Of a stretch of DNA of 53,353 nt, positions 18,944-28,874 are shown piece by piece. The DNA is from Spirochaetota bacterium. Lineage in GTDB: Bacteria; Spirochaetota; UBA4802; JAFGJZ01. The notes beneath the pieces were generated by a model. The model was not told the origin of the DNA. It searched no databases and was given only the letters and a program-made list of their open reading frames with translations. The position numbers were made by a program, and so were the translations under genes. The stretch covers positions 1 through 53,353 of the forward strand of contig JAEWVM010000066.1 of assembly GCA_023396615.1 (NCBI GenBank), given 5' to 3'. How positions within the stretch are numbered: position 1 is the stretch's first letter; the number at the start of each line of letters is the position of its first letter.

Positions 18944-20152
18944 TTATTTACTCTCTTTTGGAATCTTCAATTTCCATCCCGGGAAAATATAATCAGGATT
19001 CTTTATAATATCCTTGTTAGCATTGAAAATCTTTTTCCATTTGCGCCCGTTATTATAAAACTTTTTGGAAATAATCCACAAACAGTCCTTAGGCGGAGTT
19101 TTATTATACTTAACCTTGTAAATATCATAATCTCCTGATTCTTCAGAATCCGAAGAATCACCATTATCAGAAACGGAATCTTTCGAGGATGAATCCTTTG
19201 AATACTTATCAGCACTGCTTCCAGCCTGGGAAACAAGACCTGAAAGTCGAAGAGACTCGTTTGCAGAATCTATCGAATCAAGATAATTACCCTCATTGTA
19301 CTGCATTTCGGCAGTTTCAGAAAGCTCTTTTGATGCCTGAAGATCAGCAGAAGCTTCTTTGGCTCCACGCGATGATTCTGCATCAGCAATAGACTGTTTT
19401 GACTGTTCAATTTTATCAAGCGCTGTTTCTTTTAAAGCGATCTGATAAGCTTCATCCGCCGACGCCTTAGCTTCATCAAGATGGGCAAATGCTTCTTTCA
19501 AAGCAAGGTTGTCATATGATTTTTGGGCATTAGACAGACTTTCTACTGCCGCATTATATTTCTCAGGAGCTAATTTCTCAGCATTATATTTCTTTGCCTC
19601 TGCTAAAGTAGCTTTGACTTCATTTATAGAATCCTCAATCATGCCCTTGCCGGATATGGCAGTATTTCTGGCATTTTTAGCAAGACCGTCAGCTTCCACC
19701 GCATTCGTATAAGCACTTTCATACTGTTTAGACTCAAAATCAGCTTGAGCCTGCTTCTGCTTGTTAAGGGCAGATTCATACTCGTCTTTAGCAAGTTCCG
19801 AGGCAAAAACCTCATCAGCGCTTTTAATACTCTGTTCCGCGACATCAATTGAATCCTTTGCCATCAAAGGTGCAGACTTATCATATGCCGCCTGAGCTTT
19901 TTCCTTGGAAGCAAGGGCTTTCTTTCCCGCATCATCATATTTCTCATCTTTAACAAGACTATGCGATTCCAAAAGAAGAGCGGCAGCCTCATTATACTCA
20001 TCAGGTGCATATTTTTCAGCTCTTGCAGTCTGAGCCTTAGAAATCATCACCTTTGCAGAAGACATTTCCCCCAAAGGAACAGGATCCCCGCAAGCTGCAA
20101 AAAACAAAACAGACAGAACAATACTCAAACCAAAAATATTTCTCATATTCAC
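18944..20152 (-). CDS. lipoprotein with four DUF4398-like helical repeats, an S/D-rich linker and a C-terminal LysM domain
   Basis: Lipobox LFFAAC. Repeats contain P(D/E)(E/K)YN.A / DEYESA motifs. C-terminal YKVKYNKTPPKDCLWIISKKFY...WKKIFNANKDIIKNPDYIFPGWKLKIP is LysM-like. Confidence 0.65.
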   Translation of the reverse strand: MNMRNIFGLSIVLSVLFFAACGDPVPLGEMSSAKVMISKAQTARAEKYAPDEYNEAAALLLESHSLVKDEKYDDAGKKALASKEKAQAAYDKSAPLMAKDSIDVAEQSIKSADEVFASELAKDEYESALNKQKQAQADFESKQYESAYTNAVEADGLAKNARNTAISGKGMIEDSINEVKATLAEAKKYNAEKLAPEKYNAAVESLSNAQKSYDNLALKEAFAHLDEAKASADEAYQIALKETALDKIEQSKQSIADAESSRGAKEASADLQASKELSETAEMQYNEGNYLDSIDSANESLRLSGLVSQAGSSADKYSKDSSSKDSVSDNGDSSDSEESGDYDIYKVKYNKTPPKDCLWIISKKFYNNGRKWKKIFNANKDIIKNPDYIFPGWKLKIPKESK

Positions 20153-20191
20153 CCCTCGGAGAAATCACCGTACACGGCAATTAATGTAATT

Positions 20192-20533
20192 CTATTTATT
20201 AAAAGACGAAACCGCATCCGATTCAGAATCAAATATTTCAAAAAAAGACGTAAGCTTTGTAAGCTCAAAAACTTTTCTCACAGAAGCATAAACATTTATT
20301 ATTTTCAGACCGCCCTGATACTTTTTCAGAGAAGAAAGACTCGAAATGAGGGCACCGATACCCGATGAATCAATATAAGATACCTTTTCAAGGTTAATTA
20401 TTACGTTATATTTCTGATCTTCTATCAGCTGATTGATTGTATCTTTTATTTCTGGGGCATTATAAAGGTCAATTTCGCCGGAAATATCCAACACCACTAT
20501 ATCAGCGCTCTCTCTTCTGTTTATCTCCATCAC
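20192..20533 (-). CDS. STAS-domain anti-sigma-factor antagonist (SpoIIAA/RsbV-like)
   Basis: 113 aa with ..VLDISGEIDLYNAPEIKD.. and the phosphorylatable-Ser motif YIDSSGIGALI. Confidence 0.8.
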   Translation of the reverse strand: MMEINRRESADIVVLDISGEIDLYNAPEIKDTINQLIEDQKYNVIINLEKVSYIDSSGIGALISSLSSLKKYQGGLKIINVYASVRKVFELTKLTSFFEIFDSESDAVSSFNK

Positions 20534-20569
20534 TCACCTCTAAATTTCACTCAAAAAACAGTCCTTGCA

Positions 20570-20598
20570 ACTCTAAGTCCGGCGAAACCGTATGTCAA
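20570..20598 (-). promoter_or_regulatory. sigma70-like promoter for the STAS gene
   Basis: On the minus strand: TTGACA, 17 nt, TAGAGT, about 35 nt upstream of the ATG. Confidence 0.45.
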
Positions 20599-20706
20599 GA
20601 TATTATTTTAAGTCTTCAGGCTTTTTCCGGTGTAAATTTACCATAATACAGCGTCTTTTCTTCTGAACTTAGTTATTCAAAACTTAAACGGAAATATCAT
20701 AAAAAA

Positions 20707-21669
20707 TTATACGGAAAAATATATCGCATGTGTTACAGCTCTCTCCAGACGGTTTATTTCATCCCGGCATGATTCAAGATTTGCATCTCTGCCTAATTTA
20801 TCACTTTCTTTGACCTTGGAAATCATTTCCCGGATAAAAAGAAGATCTTTCTTTTTGACAATCTGCTTATCTTCTATAATTTTCCGGACATAAGAGAATT
20901 TATATTTTCTAAACTGAACTTTTACGAAAAAATCAATTCCGTAAATATTCAATATTCTTTGCAGCGGATATTGAGATTCTTTATCGGCAAAATCCTTATA
21001 CTGGGGTGCGTCTACTGCGCGCTCGGTTTTAATATTGCTTTTAGCCGGAATGCGCGTATCGGCAACAGGTTCATCTAAATTTACTGCTGCGGAGGCATCA
21101 AGAACCTGCTGAGGAATATTAACCGGAACTGACGGTTTATAATGAAAACCGTATTTCAAAGACAATTCGGCAAGCCTCTGCTCCTGCCATTCCGGAGCAT
21201 AAGATCTCCACTCTTTTTCAAGCAGGCGTTCATATTCATGAAGCATGATGGTCTTGTTTAAAACCTGGCCCAGTTCAGTATTATTCAGTGATTTGATCAT
21301 AGGAAAAAGTTCGCGGACTATCTGTGCAGATCCGGCGCGTTTATGAAATTGAAACTCATATGCCTTAACAAGATGATCTTTAAAAAACGAATTGAGATTT
21401 CTTACTATCGCAATATCAGCCGCAACATAACCGTCAACCTGCTCAATACGTCTTTTTTCATCAGACGTAACAATTTCGATTGAAAGAACCTTATGCGATT
21501 CTATCAGAATTGCAATCGCTGTTTTTACAGACTCCTTGGGAAGACCCGTAGATGATGCCATATATTTTATAAATGCATCTGAATGGACAACAGAACCCGG
21601 CGCAAGTTCTTTATTTCTTGCGGCAATTTCAGAATATATTTCATCAAGAATTTTCTGGGTTATTTCCAT
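20707..21669 (-). CDS. hypothetical cytoplasmic protein (320 aa)
   Basis: Long ORF with coding-like composition. No signal peptide and no recognisable motif. Confidence 0.5.
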   Translation of the reverse strand: MEITQKILDEIYSEIAARNKELAPGSVVHSDAFIKYMASSTGLPKESVKTAIAILIESHKVLSIEIVTSDEKRRIEQVDGYVAADIAIVRNLNSFFKDHLVKAYEFQFHKRAGSAQIVRELFPMIKSLNNTELGQVLNKTIMLHEYERLLEKEWRSYAPEWQEQRLAELSLKYGFHYKPSVPVNIPQQVLDASAAVNLDEPVADTRIPAKSNIKTERAVDAPQYKDFADKESQYPLQRILNIYGIDFFVKVQFRKYKFSYVRKIIEDKQIVKKKDLLFIREMISKVKESDKLGRDANLESCRDEINRLERAVTHAIYFSV

Positions 21670-21929
21670 ACAGCCTCTGAATAGTCAAATAATAGCAATA
21701 AAACACCCGTATCATTGTTTAGAAAACTACGCATCAAAAGCCGCATGCTCATGCAGCTGAACCATTAAAAATTTTCAAAACACGTCATCAAAAAATCTGT
21801 CATTTCTTTAAGGAGCGTTATTGGTGAGATATTTTTGGATTCTTAATATAAATGCAAGTAAAATTAATTGTTGCACTCAAAAGGGTATTTCAAAAACATA
21901 ATTACAGTTTATTAAACTATGAGGTAAAA

Positions 21930-22856
21930 ATGAATCTCTCCGTAAAAATAGGATCCCTTACACTGAAAAATCCTGTTACCGTTGCATCAGGCACTGCCGG
22001 CTACGGAGAAGAACTTTCCGCATTTTATGATCTTTCCAAAATCGGCGCGGTAATAACAAAAGGACTTTCATTGAAACCACGCCCGGGCAACAGCGGAAAC
22101 CGCATAATAGAAACACCTTCAGGCATACTCAACTCAATAGGACTTGAAAATGTCGGAATTGAAAAATTTCTTTCTCAAAAGCTTCCTTTTCTGGAAAAAC
22201 AAAACGCAACAATAATAGCAAACGCCGCCGGGCATTCTATAGAAGAAAATGTTGAACTCTGCAGAATTCTTTCCGCAGAGAAAAAAATTCATGCTGTAGA
22301 ATTAAATGTTTCATGCCCTAATGTCAAGGAAGGCGGCATTGCTTTCGGTTCGGACATTAAATTGATGCGCAAACTCCTGACAGAAGTAAGAGAAGTATGC
22401 ACTCTTCCGCTGATAGTAAAACTTTCTCCAAACGTTTCCGATATCACGCAATTTGCACTTTGCGCCGAGGAATGCGGAGCTGACGCTGTAAGCGCAATCA
22501 ACACACTCGTCGGAATGAAAATTGATATTAAACGTAAAACTCCCCATTTCAACAATAAAGTAGCCGGATTAAGCGGACCTGCTGTCCGGCCGATTGCAGT
22601 TAGAATGGTTTATCAGATTTTTGAAAAAGTTTCTATTCCGATACTTGGTCTTGGCGGAATTTCAAATGTTGAAGATGCCCTCGAATTTATTCTGGCCGGG
22701 GCGCGGGCAATATCTGTTGGGACTATGAATCTGGTGTATCCGGCCCGTGCAGCCGAAATCGCTGAAGGTTTATCTGATTATATGACGGAAAATGGAATTG
22801 ATGATATAAATGATCTTGTCGGCTATGCCCACTCTTCAGGCATTAGTCCGCAATAA
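21930..22856 (+). CDS. pyrD: dihydroorotate dehydrogenase (class 1)
   Basis: LKNPVTVASGTAGYGEE, ..NSIGLEN.G, ELNVSCPN, GLSGPA..P, GLGGIS. Track ORF starts at 21852; the ATG at 21930 has GAGG 5 nt upstream. Confidence 0.85.
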   Translation: MNLSVKIGSLTLKNPVTVASGTAGYGEELSAFYDLSKIGAVITKGLSLKPRPGNSGNRIIETPSGILNSIGLENVGIEKFLSQKLPFLEKQNATIIANAAGHSIEENVELCRILSAEKKIHAVELNVSCPNVKEGGIAFGSDIKLMRKLLTEVREVCTLPLIVKLSPNVSDITQFALCAEECGADAVSAINTLVGMKIDIKRKTPHFNNKVAGLSGPAVRPIAVRMVYQIFEKVSIPILGLGGISNVEDALEFILAGARAISVGTMNLVYPARAAEIAEGLSDYMTENGIDDINDLVGYAHSSGISPQ

Positions 22857-22880
22857 TTTGCATCATGCAGGACACAATAA

Positions 22881-25800
22881 ATGAATTATGAAAAAACAGC
22901 TGCAGCTCTTGAAGAAGAAATATCTGCGCTGAAAACTGAACTAAACAAAAAAGAAACAGCCCTGCTTAAGCTGAAAAAACAATCCGATAATTTTTCTTCT
23001 GAAAGAACAACCGTATCCGATGATGAAATTTCCAAATACCGCTTCATTCTTGAAAATACATCCGAAGAATTTTTTCTACTTTCATCCAACGGCAGAATCC
23101 TATTGGTAAACAATTCCGCATCCGAATCAATCGGATATTCCCAGATAGAAATACAGGGAGAGCATATTTCGTTACTCAATCCGGATATGAATTCCGACAA
23201 TTTCTTCAAATTGTTCACTGAATTAAAAGACAAAAAAACAATCTCGCGTGAAGTCATTCATATTGCAAAAAACGGATCAAAACACATAAAAGAGATGCGC
23301 TATGTTTATATGAATATATCCGGAAGCGATTTTGTCTGCGCATTTTCTCACGATATAACAAATAAAATTAAAACACTGAACTCACTGAAGGAAAGCGAAG
23401 AAAGATACCGCGCACTCATGGCGAATCTCCCGGAAATAGTCATTATTCATCATAACGATATGATTATATACGCAAATGATACACTTGAGAAAATAACAGG
23501 TTATTCTGCACAAGAGGTTTACGGAAAATCTCTTTTTAACATTATAGACTCCGCAAGCTGTGACGAATTCAACAATCTTCTTCATGATTCTATGGACGAT
23601 AAGGAAAACACTGATTTATATAATATTGTATTTATTCCGAAATCAGGAAACCACATTAAAACCGAAAGCCGCAGTATAAAAATACATCTCCACAACCAGA
23701 CTTTAAATCTGACGGTTTTTGCAGATGTTACCAAACGAAAGGCAATGGAAGAACTTCTTTCCAAAGAACACGGCATTCTAAACAGAGTAATAATGAAGAA
23801 TCCGGTCGCGATGGCGATATTTGAAAAAGACGGACGTCACATAAAGTCTAATACGGCTTTTACAAAAATATTCGGATCCGATTTTGATAATAACTACACT
23901 TTGTTTTCTGATCCTATATTTTCTGATTATACATATGAACTCGATAAACTCAGACGCGGAGAAACTTTTGAAATCAATAATTTCCGCTATGGAAATAAGG
24001 ATACAGAATGTTTTTTGCACATTACAGTCTTTTCAATCAAGAATGCTGACAATGGAATAGACTGTATCGTCGCCATAATAGAAGACATTACAGCTGAAAA
24101 AGCTGACAATGACATGAGAGAAAAACTCGAAGAGCACCTTCGCAATTATTTCGATTTTCCTCTTATCGGGCTTGGAATTATATCAGAAAATCACCTGATT
24201 ACGGATGCAAATCAGAAATTCTCCGAATATCTAAGAACAGATAGAAGTAAACTTATAGGTAAGAAATATTCTGATCTTTTTCCCGATAAAACAAAAAACG
24301 AAATGCAAACACTTCTCTCTGATCTTTTTTCCGATAAAACTCCTTTCATCCTTACAGAAACAAAAGCCGTGCGCGGCGACGGTGAAGAAATTGATATAAA
24401 CATTTCTGCACGTATTGTAAAAAACGGAAAAGGTTACCTGCCCTATGCAATTGTTGTTCTTCAGGATATAACAGAAATAAAACAGACTAATGAAAAAATC
24501 GCAGATGAAAGAGAAAAACTTTTTGTCACACTGAAATCAATCACTGAAGCAATAATAACCATAGACAACGGATATAAAATCATTCTCATGAATCAAAACG
24601 CTGAAAACCTGACACAAGTTTCTCAGGAACTGGCTTTAGGTAAAGAAGTCGAAAGTGTTTTAAAACTGAATGACGAAGACGGCAAAAACATTACACGCGA
24701 AATCGTTAGGGATCTTCCGGACGGAACAATCAACCGTTATCTGGCATCAACAAAAGACGGAACAAGCGTTCCTGCTGAAATTTCCATATCATCTGTTTTT
24801 GACAAATCAGGAAAACTATCAGAAAAAGTTTTAACGATAAAAGACATTTCTGAAAAAAAACAGCATGAAGAAAACATGCTCAAATCCCTCAAGCTTGAGT
24901 CACTCGGCATACTTGCAGGAGGAATAGCACATGACTTCAACAACATTCTTACAACGATACTCGGAAACATTTCTCTTGCAAAAATCTGGATCGGCGATTC
25001 AGAAACCCGCATATTAAAAGCAGTTCTTGATGCGGAAAAAGCCTCAATGAAAGCAAAGGATCTTACCCATCAGCTTCTGACACTATCAAAAGGAGGTCTG
25101 CCGGTTAAAACAACCGCGTCGGCTTACGAACTGATAATTGACAGCGTTGATCTCGCCTTTCATGGTTCTGCTATAATTTGTGAATTCGATATACAGGATG
25201 ATCTTTGGAATATTGAAATAGACGAGAGTCAGATTTCCCAGGTTCTTCACAATCTTCTTCTTAATGCACGTCAGGCTATGCAGGATGCCGGCAAAGTTGT
25301 GATTAAATGCTCAAACTACAGCAATAATGATTCATCTAATCCTTGTCTTGAGAAAGGAAAATACGTACGCTTTATCATACAGGACAGCGGCTCCGGAATA
25401 CCAAAAGATATTCTGCCTAATATCTTCGATCCGTATTTCACAACAAAACCGACCGGTCATGGTCTAGGCCTTGCGATTTCATACTCAATTGTAAAAAATC
25501 ATTGCGGACATATTGATGTTGAATCTGAAGTCGGTGCCGGAACCGTTTTTACACTATATCTTCCGGCAATAGATAAAGAAATAAAACAAAAAGCTCCGGC
25601 TGAACCTGTAATTAATAATCAAAGATTACGGATTCTAGTTCTTGAAGATGAAGAAAATATTCTGACACTTCTTGCACGAATTTTCGAACATTACGGATAC
25701 GAATACGTTTTTACGTCAGACGGAAAAAACACAATAAAGGAATATGAAAAATCAATTTACGCAGCAAAACCTTTTGACGTAGTGCTTCTTGATTTGACGA

Positions 25801-26000
25801 TTCCTGGCGGAATGGGCGGTAAAGAAACATTTTTAAATCTAAAAAAAATAAATCCTTTGGTAAAAGGAGTAGTTTCAAGCGGTTATTCAAACGATGACGC
25901 AATGAGCAATTTTATAGAATACGGTTTTTCGGCCCGCATCATAAAACCTTACAATATCGAAGATTTAATCAGAACAATTACAGAAGCCGTTTCATTCTAA
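22881..26000 (+). CDS. hybrid sensor histidine kinase (coiled coil, multiple PAS, HisKA, HATPase_c, receiver)
   Basis: H-box GIAHDFNNILT, N-box HNLLLNARQAM, G-boxes DSGSGI / GHGLGLA, and C-terminal REC with VVLLDLTIPG and KPY. Confidence 0.85.
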   Translation: MNYEKTAAALEEEISALKTELNKKETALLKLKKQSDNFSSERTTVSDDEISKYRFILENTSEEFFLLSSNGRILLVNNSASESIGYSQIEIQGEHISLLNPDMNSDNFFKLFTELKDKKTISREVIHIAKNGSKHIKEMRYVYMNISGSDFVCAFSHDITNKIKTLNSLKESEERYRALMANLPEIVIIHHNDMIIYANDTLEKITGYSAQEVYGKSLFNIIDSASCDEFNNLLHDSMDDKENTDLYNIVFIPKSGNHIKTESRSIKIHLHNQTLNLTVFADVTKRKAMEELLSKEHGILNRVIMKNPVAMAIFEKDGRHIKSNTAFTKIFGSDFDNNYTLFSDPIFSDYTYELDKLRRGETFEINNFRYGNKDTECFLHITVFSIKNADNGIDCIVAIIEDITAEKADNDMREKLEEHLRNYFDFPLIGLGIISENHLITDANQKFSEYLRTDRSKLIGKKYSDLFPDKTKNEMQTLLSDLFSDKTPFILTETKAVRGDGEEIDINISARIVKNGKGYLPYAIVVLQDITEIKQTNEKIADEREKLFVTLKSITEAIITIDNGYKIILMNQNAENLTQVSQELALGKEVESVLKLNDEDGKNITREIVRDLPDGTINRYLASTKDGTSVPAEISISSVFDKSGKLSEKVLTIKDISEKKQHEENMLKSLKLESLGILAGGIAHDFNNILTTILGNISLAKIWIGDSETRILKAVLDAEKASMKAKDLTHQLLTLSKGGLPVKTTASAYELIIDSVDLAFHGSAIICEFDIQDDLWNIEIDESQISQVLHNLLLNARQAMQDAGKVVIKCSNYSNNDSSNPCLEKGKYVRFIIQDSGSGIPKDILPNIFDPYFTTKPTGHGLGLAISYSIVKNHCGHIDVESEVGAGTVFTLYLPAIDKEIKQKAPAEPVINNQRLRILVLEDEENILTLLARIFEHYGYEYVFTSDGKNTIKEYEKSIYAAKPFDVVLLDLTIPGGMGGKETFLNLKKINPLVKGVVSSGYSNDDAMSNFIEYGFSARIIKPYNIEDLIRTITEAVSF

Positions 26001-26031
26001 AAGCAGCAGATAAAATCTGCTGCTTTTATAT
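26001..26031 (+). terminator. intrinsic terminator after the hybrid kinase gene
   Basis: AAGCAGCAGA-TAAAA-TCTGCTGCTT followed by TTATATTTT, between convergent genes. Confidence 0.7.
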
Positions 26032-26039
26032 TTTAAGCC

Positions 26040-27494
26040 TCAAAATCCTTTGAAAGCCTTTTCTAAAATTTCTTTTCTTGGCGGCTTCGTAAATATACTC
26101 ACAACCGGTACCACGGCGAAAGGAACAATCATTGCAATAGACGAAGCTAGAGGAGAATAATCCTGCCCCATCTTATAAAAAAGAACAATTGCAAGAGTAA
26201 ATCCGGTTATCATTCCCGCTAGAACTCCTGCTTTTGTCGCTCTCTTCCAGTATAATCCATAGAGATACGGAGCAAGGAAACTTCCGGCAACAACTCCCCA
26301 TGATAAACTCATCAACGTGACAATAAAAGCAAATTCATACCGGGCTATGAAGAACGCAAATCCCATAAAAACAAGACAAAGAAAACGCATCATTGCAAGA
26401 GATTTTCCCTTGGTGATATTCGGGTTTACATGTCCTTTATACATATCAATTGCAACGGCTGAAGATGAAACTAAAATCAGCGATGACAGAGTTGACATTG
26501 AGGCAGACAGAACCAACAGCAGAATGAGAGCCATCAGAGTTTGCGGCAAATGAGCATTAAGCATATCCGGAACTATTCTGTCAAAAGCAGGCTTGGTTCC
26601 ATTCATCGGAAGAGTATCAAAGAATATATGAGACATCGATCCTACAAAATATGCAGTCAGTGAAATGATCAGGGCAAAAACAGTTGTAGCAATTGCGGCT
26701 TTCATTATAACTTTTTCATTTTTGATGGCATAGAACTTCTGAACCATCTGAGGGAGCCCCCATGTTCCGAAACTTGTCATAAAAATCAGTGAACCCAGAA
26801 TGAGCATTGAAGGCTGTTTAGCTTCGGGAATGTGTTCAGCATATTTTGATGAAATCATTGAAATAACATTTGAAATACCGCCGGCATCGGATGTTAAAAC
26901 AGCAACCATGGCGGCGCACCCGAATATCATGATAATTCCCTGAATAAAATCAGTTACGGTTATAGCAAAATAACCCCCGAGAATCAGATAAATTGCAGTT
27001 ATTATTATCATTATTAAAAGAGCGGTATCATATGAAATTGAAAATGTTGATTCAAAAAGATGTCCCAGCCCCTTAAAAATTGACGCACAGTAAGGAAGAA
27101 GGAAAATGAATATTATCGCTGCGCTTATAAGTTTAAACCAATTCGCTCCGTAGCGCTCCTGAAGAAATTCAGGCATAGTCATAACATCCAGATTTTGAGT
27201 CATAACTCTTGTGCGCTTACCGAGAATAAGCCAAGCAGCGAATGATCCCACAAAGGCATTACCTACAGCAACAAGAATTGAACTTAGACCGAAACCCCAA
27301 CCCAGTTTACCTGCAAAGCCTATAAAAAGAACTGCTGAAAAATAAGTAGTACCGTATGCAACAGCAGAAACCCATGGCCCTATCGACCGTCCGCCTAGAA
27401 AAAAATCATTTAGTGATGAAGTCTTTCTCATGCCCCACAGGCCGATACCAATCATCAGCAGCATAAAAAAACAAACAAAAATTATTGCAGTCAT
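26040..27494 (-). CDS. sodium:solute symporter family transporter (PanF/PutP-like)
   Basis: About 13 TM helices. N-terminal ...LNDFFLGGRSIGPWVSA..GTTYFSA is typical of the SSS family. Confidence 0.75.
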   Translation of the reverse strand: MTAIIFVCFFMLLMIGIGLWGMRKTSSLNDFFLGGRSIGPWVSAVAYGTTYFSAVLFIGFAGKLGWGFGLSSILVAVGNAFVGSFAAWLILGKRTRVMTQNLDVMTMPEFLQERYGANWFKLISAAIIFIFLLPYCASIFKGLGHLFESTFSISYDTALLIMIIITAIYLILGGYFAITVTDFIQGIIMIFGCAAMVAVLTSDAGGISNVISMISSKYAEHIPEAKQPSMLILGSLIFMTSFGTWGLPQMVQKFYAIKNEKVIMKAAIATTVFALIISLTAYFVGSMSHIFFDTLPMNGTKPAFDRIVPDMLNAHLPQTLMALILLLVLSASMSTLSSLILVSSSAVAIDMYKGHVNPNITKGKSLAMMRFLCLVFMGFAFFIARYEFAFIVTLMSLSWGVVAGSFLAPYLYGLYWKRATKAGVLAGMITGFTLAIVLFYKMGQDYSPLASSIAMIVPFAVVPVVSIFTKPPRKEILEKAFKGF

Positions 27495-27624
27495 TCAATT
27501 CCTCCAAATTTACTCCGTCCGGATGGTTTAATTATTTAAAAAACTACAGTCAATTCCAAAATAAGAATTAACCCATCTCAGAAAAAAAAACAGATTAAAT
27601 TTAAACTTGATTAAACTGCTTAAA

Positions 27625-28686
27625 TCAGAATTGAAATCTTGCACCAATAGTCAGCGTAACATCTTCCTTGTTTTTAAGATTAACCATAGTCTCCGCGGTA
27701 AGTCGGAACATAAACAAATTAAGCTCTAAACCGAAAAGATAAGTCGGTATTACGGGATAAGGATAATATTTTGAGGATGAGTCCATTAAAGCTGTTCCGA
27801 GTTGACCTGTAGGATTAACAACCGGAATAGGATCAGTGCTAACGGCAACACTCGAATCGGCAGAAAGTGTAAAATGACCAAATCCGAATGCACATCCAAA
27901 CCCTGAATATACATTAAATATCTTCGCTATACTGAAATACGCATTTATATTAAAAGCAGCATCAATCTGAAACCATTTTAGATTTCCGTCTAGTTCACCG
28001 TCATAAGTAACAGGATAGGTCCCTTCAGGCGCAGGTCCGATACCGTCAGGATCAAGATCAAATGAACCAAGTTCACCGTCAATATCTCGTTTCATCTCAA
28101 TTATACCTCTAAGCATATCCGCACCCGCTGATATGTTTATCCCCTCGAGTTTAAGCAAAAAAGGAACAACAACTGCCTCATCAAAAAGCTTATACCGTAT
28201 TTTTCCGCCGACTCCGACTATTTTCAATTTTTTTATCTTAACATATTCAGAGACTTTATTGACTGAGTCAGGATTATAATAGAAAATATCAAAATAATTG
28301 ATTTTTCCGATAATATCTACCCTATCCGAAATACCTGTTCCGAAAAAAATAACCGGAGCGAATCCGACTGCCGGAAAAGAACCATCTACAGATTTATCAT
28401 CAAAATACTTTAAATTAGAAAAACCTAGTGCAACACCTGCACCGGCAGTGAAATGAGGGAAAATACCGATTAGAACAGAACCCACCGGGTAACCTGACAA
28501 ATTACACAGCATATTAGCTTCTGCTATAAAATCCCCGTTTGCATCAATTTTATCCTGAAAAGAATCAGCTATACCAGCCTGAGAGTCAAGACTCGGGAAA
28601 TAATCAGGTAAATCAAAAGTAACGGTTGTTTTTGCAGAAATGCATACAGGCATTAAAATCAACAAAGTCAAAAATATTTTTTTCAT
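27625..28686 (-). CDS. secreted outer-membrane beta-barrel-like protein
   Basis: Signal peptide MKKIFLTLLILMPVCISA. Gly/aromatic alternating strands; C-terminal ...IGARFQF. Confidence 0.55.
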   Translation of the reverse strand: MKKIFLTLLILMPVCISAKTTVTFDLPDYFPSLDSQAGIADSFQDKIDANGDFIAEANMLCNLSGYPVGSVLIGIFPHFTAGAGVALGFSNLKYFDDKSVDGSFPAVGFAPVIFFGTGISDRVDIIGKINYFDIFYYNPDSVNKVSEYVKIKKLKIVGVGGKIRYKLFDEAVVVPFLLKLEGINISAGADMLRGIIEMKRDIDGELGSFDLDPDGIGPAPEGTYPVTYDGELDGNLKWFQIDAAFNINAYFSIAKIFNVYSGFGCAFGFGHFTLSADSSVAVSTDPIPVVNPTGQLGTALMDSSSKYYPYPVIPTYLFGLELNLFMFRLTAETMVNLKNKEDVTLTIGARFQF

Positions 28687-28874
28687 ACAACACCGTCTGC
28701 AAAATAAATATGAAGTCTATAATCAGCTTCATCATAAATACTAACGGAATTATTTGCAATTTTAATTAGTTATAACACATAAAAAATAATTCGACAAGAT
28801 TAAGAAATATTTTCCAAATTAACTTTTTCAACAGAAAAATCAATTTCATCCGACAATAGGAAATTATTCACGAA

